DNA of 59,498 nt from positions 1 to 59,498 of the forward strand of contig CAJXVR010000004.1 of the NCBI GenBank assembly GCA_913061285.1, given 5' to 3'. The position numbers and the translations under genes were made by a program. This stretch comes from an uncultured Verrucomicrobiota bacterium (GTDB lineage: Bacteria; Verrucomicrobiota; Verrucomicrobiia; Limisphaerales; AAA164-E04). Below the pieces are notes generated by a model. The model was not told the DNA's origin. It made no database searches and saw only the letters and a list, made by a program, of their open reading frames with translations. The first letter of the stretch is position 1. Each line of letters starts with the position of its first letter. This document shows, in pieces, positions 1 to 11,100 of the stretch.

Positions 1-309
1 ATTCGGGCCTGCGGCGGGAAAATCGAAATTGGAGCGAACTGCATCATCGCTCAGCACGTTTCCATCATTGCTGCCAACCACGAAATACGGGCTGGAGCGA
101 TCTATCGCGATCTGCCTTGGGATGCTACGAGGCAAGGGAACCGGATCGGAAAAAACGTCTGGATAGGCGCAGGCGTGACGATTCTCCCGGGTTGTTCCAT
201 CGGCGACAATGCGATTGTCGCTGCAGGGAGTGTCGTTACCAAGAGTGTTCCCGCTGATGAAATCTGGGGGAATATCCCTGCCCGAAGAATACGAGCGATC
301 GAACCTTAG
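1..309 (+). CDS. Hexapeptide-repeat (left-handed beta-helix) O-acetyltransferase, 5'-truncated by window edge
   Basis: Not in ORF track. Frame 1 reads IRACGGKIEIGANCIIAQHVSIIAANH...IGKNVWIGAGVTILPGCSIGDNAIVAAGSVVTKSVPADEIWGNIPARRIRAIEP, stop TAG 307-309; typical sugar/polysaccharide acetyltransferase C-terminus. Confidence 0.9.
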   Translation: MRACGGKIEIGANCIIAQHVSIIAANHEIRAGAIYRDLPWDATRQGNRIGKNVWIGAGVTILPGCSIGDNAIVAAGSVVTKSVPADEIWGNIPARRIRAIEP

Positions 310-340
310 CCCCTCAGAGTGCTGTGGGCAGCTTAGGGTC

Positions 341-1918
341 TTAGAAGGTTGGTTGAATCAACCGTTCTGGCTCTTTGTTTTCTTCCTCTTCGTCGTCGTC
401 TTCTTCGCCAGCTGGCGCACCCCCAATTCGATAGTCGAGGCACCGCTTACAGGCTATCAGAAGCCCCGCTTGGAGTGAGAATGTCTTCATGGCGAACTCA
501 CTGTCACCGTGGAAGAACAGGAATGCACTGATATTAGCCATCCAAACACTTGCCAGGATACAGCTCATGCGTGAAAACCAATCGTCACATCCGTAGAGGC
601 GCAAATGGGCCATAATTGAGTAGGCAAGGTACGTTCCGGCGCCAAGGAAAATGAGCATCGAGAGGGTTCCAAAGAGACCGGTGTTCACCATAAGACCGAT
701 GAACCCGTTGTAGAACTTACCTTGATTCACGTGCATCGTGATGTAGGTCGGATCCCAAACATGGGAATAATCTCGGCTCGGCATCATAAACCCACGGCCA
801 ATCCAAAAATATTGCGGAATCATCTGAAAACCTACTTCACGAAGGATACGGCGGGTCTCCAAGGTTGCTGATCCATTCATTCGCGCATGATGATCGATTC
901 GGATCCCTGGGATGTATGAAAGCGCTCTCTGCGCTGACAGGGGCAGTTTGTTGGCAAAGAGAATGAGTGGGATCAAAATGAGGATCCCCGTGCCGATTGA
1001 CATCAGGAGGTTCTTAAAGTTGTAGAAGCGTTGCGTATACGCGATGAATAGAACGGCGATAATCAGGATCAGAGAAAGGTAGCGATGTCCCGAAAGGAGA
1101 CCGACACCGAAAACTGCAGCAGCAAGCGGAAACAGGTAGGCGGCTTTGTGAGAGAAAAAGTCCTCTAATTTGTGAAAGACGAGAATCAGAAGCATGAGTC
1201 CCTGTCCCACCACACTAAGCGATTGGAAGCGCCGAATACCGAACTGCTGTGCTTGACGTTCGAAATTAGCGGCATCTCCAGGAAGTTCGAAAAACTGCAA
1301 GAGGCCGAATAAACCACCTCCACCGAAGGAAAACGCGAAATCAGAGACCAAGAATGTTAGGGTGAGCAGGCACTGCAGATAGTAGAGCCGGAGCAACGTT
1401 CCCTCGGGAAAACGAACCATAACGAAGAGAACAGGAAAAATAGCGCACATGAGCTGCTGAAAGTAAAATCGCCCCCCCATTTGGTCTGTTCCCATGATTC
1501 GGAGTCCGAATCCTCGTTCGAACATCGTGACGAGAAGTACGAAGCAATAGAGTAGGACCCCAATGAACAACCAACGATTTTCTCTAACGTATTGGGCGGC
1601 ATCGGGCGCATAGCGACGCAACGACACCGTAATGATCAATCCCGACCACGCGAGAAAGGCCGCAAACTCCCACATATAGGGTCGACCAGGAAAATACGGT
1701 AGAATAAGTGCGGAACTGAAGGTCGTGATCGAAAGATAGGCTGCGAGTTTCGCATGGTAGGGAAGCAGCACAAGCCATCCCATCATCACTGCGACAAGGA
1801 CCAACGTGAACTTACTTGACGCGAGATAGAAACCCGTAAAAAGGGCAGCCAATCCAATCACTCCAAACCAAAAAATTTGGTTGAAGCGGATACTGCTTTC
1901 GATGCTGGTTGCTGCCAC
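341..1918 (-). CDS. Polytopic membrane protein, O-antigen ligase/polymerase (WaaL/Wzy)-like
   Basis: 525 aa, about 12 hydrophobic segments, LLSGHR motif, large loop with conserved-looking R and WIGRGF, then YNGFIGLMVNTGLFG; GTG start with AAGGAGG RBS (1920-1926, minus). Confidence 0.7.
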   Translation of the reverse strand: MAATSIESSIRFNQIFWFGVIGLAALFTGFYLASSKFTLVLVAVMMGWLVLLPYHAKLAAYLSITTFSSALILPYFPGRPYMWEFAAFLAWSGLIITVSLRRYAPDAAQYVRENRWLFIGVLLYCFVLLVTMFERGFGLRIMGTDQMGGRFYFQQLMCAIFPVLFVMVRFPEGTLLRLYYLQCLLTLTFLVSDFAFSFGGGGLFGLLQFFELPGDAANFERQAQQFGIRRFQSLSVVGQGLMLLILVFHKLEDFFSHKAAYLFPLAAAVFGVGLLSGHRYLSLILIIAVLFIAYTQRFYNFKNLLMSIGTGILILIPLILFANKLPLSAQRALSYIPGIRIDHHARMNGSATLETRRILREVGFQMIPQYFWIGRGFMMPSRDYSHVWDPTYITMHVNQGKFYNGFIGLMVNTGLFGTLSMLIFLGAGTYLAYSIMAHLRLYGCDDWFSRMSCILASVWMANISAFLFFHGDSEFAMKTFSLQAGLLIACKRCLDYRIGGAPAGEEDDDEEEENKEPERLIQPTF

Positions 1919-1994
1919 GCCTCCTTCTTAGAGCGTGCATGGCCCATTGCAATAATTTTCTGAGGGATTTGCTGTTTTCTAGACGTGAAAAACA

Positions 1995-2003
1995 GGGGGG
2001 GGG
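1995..2003. repeat. G9 homopolymer tract in divergent promoter region
   Basis: Nine consecutive G between the wzy-like gene and the giant surface protein gene. Confidence 0.6.
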
Positions 2004-2175
2004 TGGAATCTCTAGAATAGACCAGATCGTTGGCTTTCCCGATGCTGAAAGGGGCGTCTGAAGCCACTTTTTCGGCGATACGGACAGGGGGGCTACTAGG
2101 GAAGGAGGTATTTTGGGGTTGATTGACGTTCTTCGGCCTTTTTGGTAGCAGTTATGCTTCTTTCTTTGGGTTGTC

Positions 2176-5100
2176 ATGAGGTTATTGAATCGAATCGAGC
2201 ATTTTAGAATCGTATTGGCTGTTATCTTGGTCGCTTTCGATATTGCTGCGTGCGCTTCGGGCCTTTTGGCCATTTCTGAAGTCATGACCGAGAATCGAAC
2301 TGCTCTGGCTGATGAAGACGGTGATTATCCTGATTGGGTCGAAATCCTCAATGTTAGTCCGAGCGAGGTCTTCCTTGGCGACTATTTCTTAAGTGATGAT
2401 CAGACCGAGCCCACCAAATGGGCCTTACCATCAGTGCGCCTCGCGGCTGGAGAAACGTTCGTTGTCTTTTGTTCGGGCAAAGATCGACGATCTGTCTCCA
2501 AGGATGCGGCAGCGGGATTCTTCGATCCGATTTCTCTGTCGGGTTTGAGTTTTTGGGTAGATGCCTCGGACCCAAGCTCGATTGTGTTACAAGAAGGTCG
2601 GGTTGCGTTTTGGTTGGATAAGAGTGGGAACGAGCGGCATGCCTCGCAAATCGCTGAACAGAAGCGCCCCGTTTATGGAAGCCATGGCCCAGGGCATTTG
2701 CCTGTTCTTCACTATGATGGGAATGATGATTACCTCCAGTTTCCGGAATTGAACCAAATAAGGACGGTATTCTGGGTGGGCTTTGAGGCTCCGGAGGCTT
2801 CAGATAGCGCGCGACCGATCCTAGGGCATGAGAGACACTTCGATTTCCATCGGGGTGGCAACCGCACTCTTTTTGCTTTCAAGCATACGCTACCGATTCA
2901 ACAAGGTACCACGTATGTGAATGGCGAGATTGCTGATCCTTGGAAAACTCCCTTTCCTCCGTCCTTGAGTCAGATTACGGTGACAAGCCCGGTTGACTTG
3001 CGGGCAAATCTCTTGGCTTCGGACCGGCTCGTGGTCGATCGTATTTGGCAGGGGGGGATTGCCGAGGTCCTTCTCTATGATCGCGTCCTGAGCCCTAATG
3101 AAATTCGCCAGGTGCATGCCTACTTGGAAGCAAAGTGGGAACTGCCGACGAATTACTTCCATGCTAATTTCGGGCTCCGATCAGGCGCAGAAACGGTTTC
3201 TCTTTTTGGTGCCGCTGGAAATCTCGTTGACGCCATTTCGGTTCCAGAAGTTAGCGCTGACATCTCGATCGGGAGGTCGGACTTCGATTCTAGTGCTGCC
3301 GGTCGTTTGGAATACTATGTGGCCTCGACACCGGGCCGAGCCAACGAACCGAGTGGCATGATCGGCCAAGCGCCAGCGCCAGTCTTATTGGTGCCTGCGG
3401 GCGCCTATGAGCAAGCGCTTAGTGTGAGGGTGGAAGAAGCACCCGAAGGTTCTCAGATTCGTTTTACGACCGATGGCTCGGTTCCAGGAGAGAATTCCCC
3501 TATCTGGACGGGCCCATTGCTGTTGGCAGAGACTAAAACGCTACGCTTTCGAACCTTTCACGATGGGCATGTTCCGAGCGCCTCCGAGACAGCAAGCTAC
3601 TTCATTGCCGACTCGTCCACCTTGCCACGAATCGCCCTAACGACGGCTCCCGATCATTTGTTCGATCCTGAGTCAGGGATCTATGTCAAAGGTGCGGGGG
3701 CGAGCCCACAGTTGCCCCATTTTGGTGCGAATTTTTGGCGCGATTGGGAGCGTCCGGTGACCGTCGAGTATTTTTCGGCTGCTGGACAGCGTCTGCTGGC
3801 CCAAGATGCCGGAATCAAAATTCATGGAGGCTGGTCCCGAGCCGCGCCGCATAAATCACTCGCTCTCATTGCTCGAAATCGCTACGGGAGTAATCGTTTT
3901 GAATTGCCAGTCTTTGATGAGAAATCCCTTTCGAGTTTCAAACAGTGGTTATTACGAAATTCCGGGAACGATTGGGTTCGGACCCTCTTCAGAGATGCCG
4001 TGAGCCAATCCCTTGCGGGCTCACTTGGCCTCGAAACTCAGGCTTACCAACCGGTTCATGTGTTCCTCAATGGGGACTATTGGGGGATTCAGAATCTTCG
4101 AGAGCGATTGAATGAGCATTTTCTTACCGGTAATTTTGGCTTGGCTTCGGGTGACTTTGATTTTCTCGAAGGGGACCGGCGGATCATTGCGGGGGAAGTC
4201 GAATCGTTCGATCAGATGCTATTCTACTTGCGCGATACCTCTCCCTTGAGTCCTGGGTTTATCGAGGGTGTGGAAGGCATGATGGATCTTGCCAATTTCT
4301 TTGATTACATGGTGACGCAGATCTTTATTGATAATACGGATTGGCCAGGGAATAACATTCGGTATTGGCGGGAACGGAGTGACGAAGGTCGATGGCGCTG
4401 GATTCCGTTCGATCTCGATGGGGGCTTTGATATTCTCCATGCTGGAGCGGACACTAATACCTTGCAGGATGTCTTGGGATTTCGGAATCAATCGTTTCGC
4501 CCCTCTTGGATTCGCTATATTTTTCAGCGTCTTCTTGCAAACCCCATCCTCGAACACCGCTTTCTTACTCGTTTCCAGGATCTGGTCAATACAACCTTTT
4601 CGACTCCCAAGGTGTTGGCCCTTATCGATGGGATGGAACAGCGCTTGGAACCTGAGATAGAGCGTCATATTGCGCGATGGGGTGGATCTGATTCCCTAGA
4701 TTTTGTTTCCTTTGATTCGAAAAAGCAATGGGAGGAGTATGTGGGAATTGCAAAGGCGTTTGCCTTGCTACGACCAGATGTGGTACGGGAACACCTGCAG
4801 GAGGCTTTCGGACTCAACGAATGGCAGGGGCTGACCATAGCGATTCCCGACGCCTCCCAAGCGCAGCTTCGAGTCAATGGGATCGTGCTGCCTCCGCAGG
4901 CCTCGCTTTGGCAGGGGAAATACGCTGCTGGGAGCAGGGTGACGATCGAAGTCGAGCCGCGAGCGGGATTTCGTTTTGCCGGTTGGGGAGATGGCGTTCC
5001 GGCGGGGCCGAAGCGGGAGATTGTATTGGAAACTGATGCAGGGTTTGCGGCGTTGTTCGAAGCTGATTCGGAATCGGTGCCGTTTCCTAGTTCGTCTCAC

Positions 5101-8100
5101 GCTTTGGCACAGCATCCCTTTGTCTTGCAAGCGGTGTTCGATGATGCCGTTCAGTCGCAGGGAGAATTGTCCTGGGGTGTTACCGGTCGAAGCGAAGTAG
5201 ATGGGGGCATGGGCGAGCTTGGGGTGCATCCGTGGGATGGGTGGAGTAGCCGGACGGAGAGTAGTCGTATTGCTCCTCTCGGAGGTGATGGAGTTTCGTT
5301 TCTCAATACCCCGGGCAGACCACATCCGGGCCTTGGTGTTGGGTATGTCCATTCGCTTATCGTCGGGTTGGATACCACAGAAGTGGGTTCCGGAACCGTT
5401 TCATGGCAGGTAGAGACCTTGGAAGCGGGTGGGGTTGACTACGGTCTTCGACTCCAATACCGATTGAATCCTTCGCTGCCTTTTCAAGACTTCCCGAATG
5501 TCCCTGAAGACGAATTGCTATTTAGTGCTCCGGGTGGCACCACTGGTTCAAAACGTTTCGAGCGCATTCCGATGCCCTTGGAGACATTGGGACAGGCGCG
5601 AGTTGAACTGAGATGGAGTTATGAACGCCTTGGAGTTTCAGGAGGGGACGGGGCTCGTCCTGAGATTCGCCTTGATGATATCGTCATTGCCGCGTCGGGA
5701 CAATCTGCCGATCTTTTGGATGGGGACGTGGTCATCAATGAAGTCATGTATCACCCCTCGACGAGAGATCCTCGAGATGAATTCATTGAACTGTACAATC
5801 GTGGTAACCGAGCGGTGGATCTGAGCGGATGGCGATTGAGCAATGCGGTTGGATTTGAGATTGAAAGTGGAATGATTCCCCCTGGTGGGTTCGTTGTTCT
5901 TGCGGCTGATCGAGCCCGGTTCTTGGAGCGGTTTCCCCAGGTTGAGCGAGTCTTTGGGGATTGGGAAGGACAGTTAAGCAATCAGTCTGAGACGATCCGG
6001 CTTTTCAATGCTCGGGATGAACAAATTGATCGGGTGGAATATGCTGATGAAGGGGACTGGGCTGAGCGTGTTCGAGGGCCACTGGATCACGGCTATCGAG
6101 GTTGGATCTGGTCCGATGCGCACGATGGAGGCGGCTATTCGGTGGAGCTACGGGCCCCGGGGCTGAGTAATAATATAGGCTCCAATTGGGCCGCGAGTGA
6201 GCAGCTTTGGGGAAGCCCTGGGGAAAGGAATGCGAACTTTATGGAGAATGGCGCCCCGTTGCTCTCTTCGGTGTCTCATCATCCAGTCATTCCCCGCTCA
6301 AACGATACCGTGACTGTCCGAGTTCGCGTGCGTGATGAGGCGCTACAGCAGGTCTCGGTCAAGTTGTTCTTTCGGTCAGGTTCGGAGGGTCCCTTCACGA
6401 ATGTGGTCATGTGGGATGACGGTCGGCATGGAGACGAAGAGGATGGAGACGGGGTGTTTGCGGCGCAGGTTCCTCCGCATCCGAACTTATCGCTTATCTC
6501 GTTCTTCGTGCAGGCGATGGACGCCATGGGAAACGAATCTGTTTGGCCGCGGTTTGACGCCGAATCCATCGAAGTGGCCCCCTTGGGACTCTTTCAGTTT
6601 GATGATCAGGACTACGAACGAGGGACACCGCTACTACGAGTGATCATGACGGAGCAGGAACGTCGAGAGCTAAACCAGATTGGCGATCTTCCGTGGAATG
6701 CCAGTAGTGATGCTCAGGTTAACGGGACATTTATTAGTCAACAGGGAACAGAAGTTCAGGTTCGATATTCGATCGGGTTTCGGCTCCGTGGGAGCACATC
6801 TCGGGACTCATCAGTAAAGAATCGCCGGGTCAACTTTCGTAGTGACGATCGTTGGAAAGGGAAGAACGCTCTGATTCTTAACGCGGTGAACGTTCCGTCA
6901 CAGATTATTGGGGGACTGTTTTTTCGATTGGCAGGGGTGCCGGCAGCCGAGGCCCGTCCGGTGCGCTTTCTCGAGAATGGTATCAATCGCGCCAACTTGG
7001 GGAGCCCCCAGTTTGGTCACTATGCTGCCTTGGAAGCATTGGATGATCTCTTTGTTTCGCGCCAGTTTCCGGATGATGATGAGGGGAATCTTTATCGCCC
7101 TTCGGGTGCTGGGAATCTTGAATATCTTGGGGAGGACCCAGCACTTTATCAACGCCCGGGCTTTTATGAAAAGGGCACGAACAGGGAAGCGGATGAGTGG
7201 AGTGATCTGATCGAGCTCACGCGAACATTGGAGCAATCTTCAGAAGAGTCCTATGTGGCCGCTATTGAAACGAGGGTTGATCTCGATCGTTGGATTAGCT
7301 ACTTCGCCGTCGATACCTTGCTAGCAAATTTTGAAACGAGCTTTGCCAATGGAGGAGCGGGCGATTACTCACTCTATATTGGTGAGAGCGATTCAAGGGC
7401 CTTTCTCACGGCTTACGATCTGGATTCTGTCTGGCTGCCGAACCCGGTGGTGGTCGAACTGCCCTTGTTTCGTGCCGGTGCCAATCCTGTTCCGAATCGT
7501 TTCTTGAAACATCCGGTGATCGCCCGGCGTTATCACGCGCGTTTGCGAGAATTGGCTCGGACTTTGTTTCGGTCGGAAGAGCTCTCATCGCGACTCGGTT
7601 ACGCCTTGGGAGAGTGGGTTGAACCAGGAGAAATCGAACGGTTGATTTCCGTCGCTTCGATGCGACGCGATTTCGTTCTTGGAGCCAGTCATGTCGCTCT
7701 CGAGGTTGACCTCGATTTGCCCTTCGCGGAGCCCGCCTGGTTGCGTTACTACCTCGGGGAGAATGATGTCTTGTCACTGAAAGGGCGTTCCGATCCTTTG
7801 GAGACGAGGGTGGTCACCGTCAATGGATCGCCCGCCTCCTTCGAACCGTGGTCCGGCGAATGGTCGATTGCCGCCGTGCCCCTTCATTCTGGCGTCAATC
7901 AGATTGTGATTCGTTCGTTCAATGAGATTGAGGAGAATGAGTCGTTGATTTTTCAGGTTTACCATCCCGGAGAGGGGCTCGTCATTAGTGAGGGAGCTTT
8001 GTCGGTAGACACGATCTGGTCGGCGCAGCAGAGTCCCATCGTATTGGACCAGGATCTCCGCGTGCCGGAAGGAATAACCCTGAACATCGAACCCGGTGTC

Positions 8101-11100
8101 AGCCTTGAGTTTAATCGCGGGGCGAGCCTGATTGTTGAAGGACGGTTGTTGGCAAGGGGAACTCCCGATCACCGTATCTTTCTTTCGCGAAATCGTCGCG
8201 AGACGACTCGCTGGGGTGGAATTCATTTTAACGGAGCTAGCAATATGAATGAGCTTCACTATGCGACGATCGAATGGTCTGGAGCCCCGACAATGAGAGT
8301 GATTGACTCGACTGTCTCAATGATTGGCCTTCGCTGGTCTGGGGCCTTCGATTCGTACCTTCATTGCCAGAATTCGTCATTGCTCTTGAAGGATAGCGTC
8401 TTGCCAAATGCGGTGGGAGGGGAACTGATCACCGGGTTTGGTGTGCCGGTTGATGGGTTTTGGATTCTTGAAGGGAATCAGTTTGGAACGACTGGCGGGG
8501 GTGGAGATATTGTGGATTTTTCCGGAGGGCGTCGCCCCGGTTCAATGTTGCAGATTTTGGACAACACCTTCCTTGGGGGGCCCGATGATGGACTCGACTT
8601 GGATGGGGCGGATGCGTTTGTTGCAGGTAATACCTTCATGGGCTTTCGCAAGAACAATGTAGGCACTGGAGATGCGCATGCGATCTCTACGGGACTCTAT
8701 GAGGGAAAGGTATCAGATCTTACCCTCGTTCGGAATGTATTTACGGACAACGAGCATGCCTTGTTGATGAAGGAGGGAGCGGTGGCCGTCCTTGAAAACA
8801 ACACCTTTGTTCGTTCCTTGCTAGGGACGGTTAATTTCTCAGAAGTCCAACGTGGGACTTTTCCACCGGATTCAATTTCGATTCATCAAAGCATTGTCTG
8901 GGACAGTCCCTTGTTTCGGCATCTTGATGTGGCGCAGAATCTTAATCCTGATCTCGTTCCCGTCTTCGAGCGGTCGTTGATTTTCCCAGCTGTGGAGAGT
9001 GTCTCAGAGAGTAATTTGGAACTCGATCCGCTCTTTGTTGACCCGATCTTTGATTTTCGTTTGCAGTCCGAATCACCCGCTATTGGGGCTGGGAACCATG
9101 GAGAGGATCTTGGTGCCTTTGTCGGTCCTCAGCTGCGGATTTCTGGAGAACCTCCCTCTCTCACGAATCGCACTGGAGCCGAGCTCTCCATCAGTGGTCC
9201 GGGGATGGATGCCTACCGCTACCGCCTTGACGGTGGAGACTGGAGTGATGCGATCTCAATCGAGACCCTTCTTGTGCTGAACGCCTTATCCGTGGGCCCA
9301 CACTCTGTCGAGGTGATTGGTCGCAACATTGCTGGCCGCTGGCAGGATTTCTCGGAGGCGAGTGCTTCAAGGACATGGTTTGTGAACCCTGGTTTATCGG
9401 GGGTTCGGATTAATGAAGTCTTGGCTAGTAATGTGCGTGGGCATTCGGTGGAAGGGGAGTTTCCTGATTATGTGGAACTCTACAATGCAGGCGACCAAGT
9501 CGTGGATTTGAGTCGAACGCAACTCTCCGATGATCCTGAGATTCCTAATAAGTTTGTTTTCCCGGCTGGGACCATTCTTCAGCCGGATGAGTATCTTGTC
9601 GTCTACGCCGACGGTGCCCCTGAGAAAATGGGGCTCCATGCGGGGTTTCGAATTTCGAGCCAGGGTGGAGGTGTCTACTTGCGAGAGCGGTTTTCGAGAG
9701 GGGAATCGATTCTAGATTCGGTGGAGTTTGGTCGTCAGTTGAGCGATCTTTCCCTGAGCCGTGATGCGATAGGGATTTGGACGCTTGGCGAACCAACGCC
9801 CTTGGGTTCGAATCGACCGATCCGAATGGGAAGTCTTGATCGTGTGACGATTAATGAATGGCTAGCGTCACCGCTTGGCGAGGAAGCAGACTTTGTTGAA
9901 CTTTATAATTCGAGTGCCTATCCCGTGGATTTTGGTGGGACGTCCTTGTCTCTTGAACCGACATTGAGTTCGAAGACGAGGTCCTTTCCTCGCCTAAGCT
10001 TTATCAACGGTCTCAGCTTTTTGACTTGGTATGCCGATAATGGAATCGCTGGAGGGGCTGGGGAGTTAGGTTTCAGATTGTCTGACGAGCAGGGCATGAT
10101 TGGCCTGCTGGATTCCCAGGGAAGGGCAATTGATCAGGTGATCTATGGCTATCAAATGGTGGGTGTTTCCTCGGAGCGAGATCCTGCCGGGGGGGCAACG
10201 ATTCGGCCGAATCCGACCCCGACCCCTGGCCGTGGGATCTCATCCCTGAATATGATGCCAGAGATTTTCTTGAGTGAGGTTGTTGCTGATAATCGTGTCA
10301 GCCCCGGATCCGAGGGGACCTTTCCGGATTGGGTTGAATTGTGGAATCCTGGGGAGAGGGCTATCGACCTCGAAGGGTTGAGTTTGTCTGATGATATTGA
10401 TCGCCCAGACCGATGGGTTTTTCCTGAGGGCGCCGAGATCGAAGCAGGAGGATACTTCCTCATAGATTTTGATCCGTTGCGGACCGCTGGAGCGGGCAAT
10501 ACGGGCTTTGGATTGAAGTCGGATGGTGACGATGTGTTTCTCTTCCGTCCGAATGGGACGGGCTGGGTTCTGATCGATGAGGTGCGCTTTGGACTTCAGG
10601 CTCCGGGATGGTCCCTTGGGAGGGTGTTCGAATCTGGCGAATGGGTTTTGAGCGACTTGTCGCCTGGAGAAGCAAACCGACCGGTGGAACTTGGCGATAG
10701 GCGCTCGCTTCGGATCAATGAATGGATGGCTCAGCCGGATCAAGGCAGTGATTGGTTTGAGCTCTACAATGGTGATGATGCGCCCTTGGCCCTTGATGGT
10801 TTGTTACTCTCGGATGACCCGTTGGTCATTGATCGCCACCGAATTGCCCCCTTGTCTTTCATTGGTGTGGACTTATTTGCTTATACCGTTTTTGAAGCCG
10901 ATGGTCAGCCTGATCGCGGCGGCACTCACGTCGATTTCAAGCTATCTGCCGGCGGGGAACTCATTGGCCTCTATTCCGCGGAAGGGGAATTGATCGATGG
11001 GGTTGAGTTCTCCGAGCAGCGGAGAGGGGTTTCAGAGGGGCGTCGTCCGGATGGCGGCATGGCGATCGTCGCCTTTCCTAATCGAGCCAGTTTAGGGAAG

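Noticed and set aside
1812-2285. 157-aa minus-strand ORF spanning the divergent promoter
   Set aside because: Overlaps both flanking genes and has no protein-like signature.
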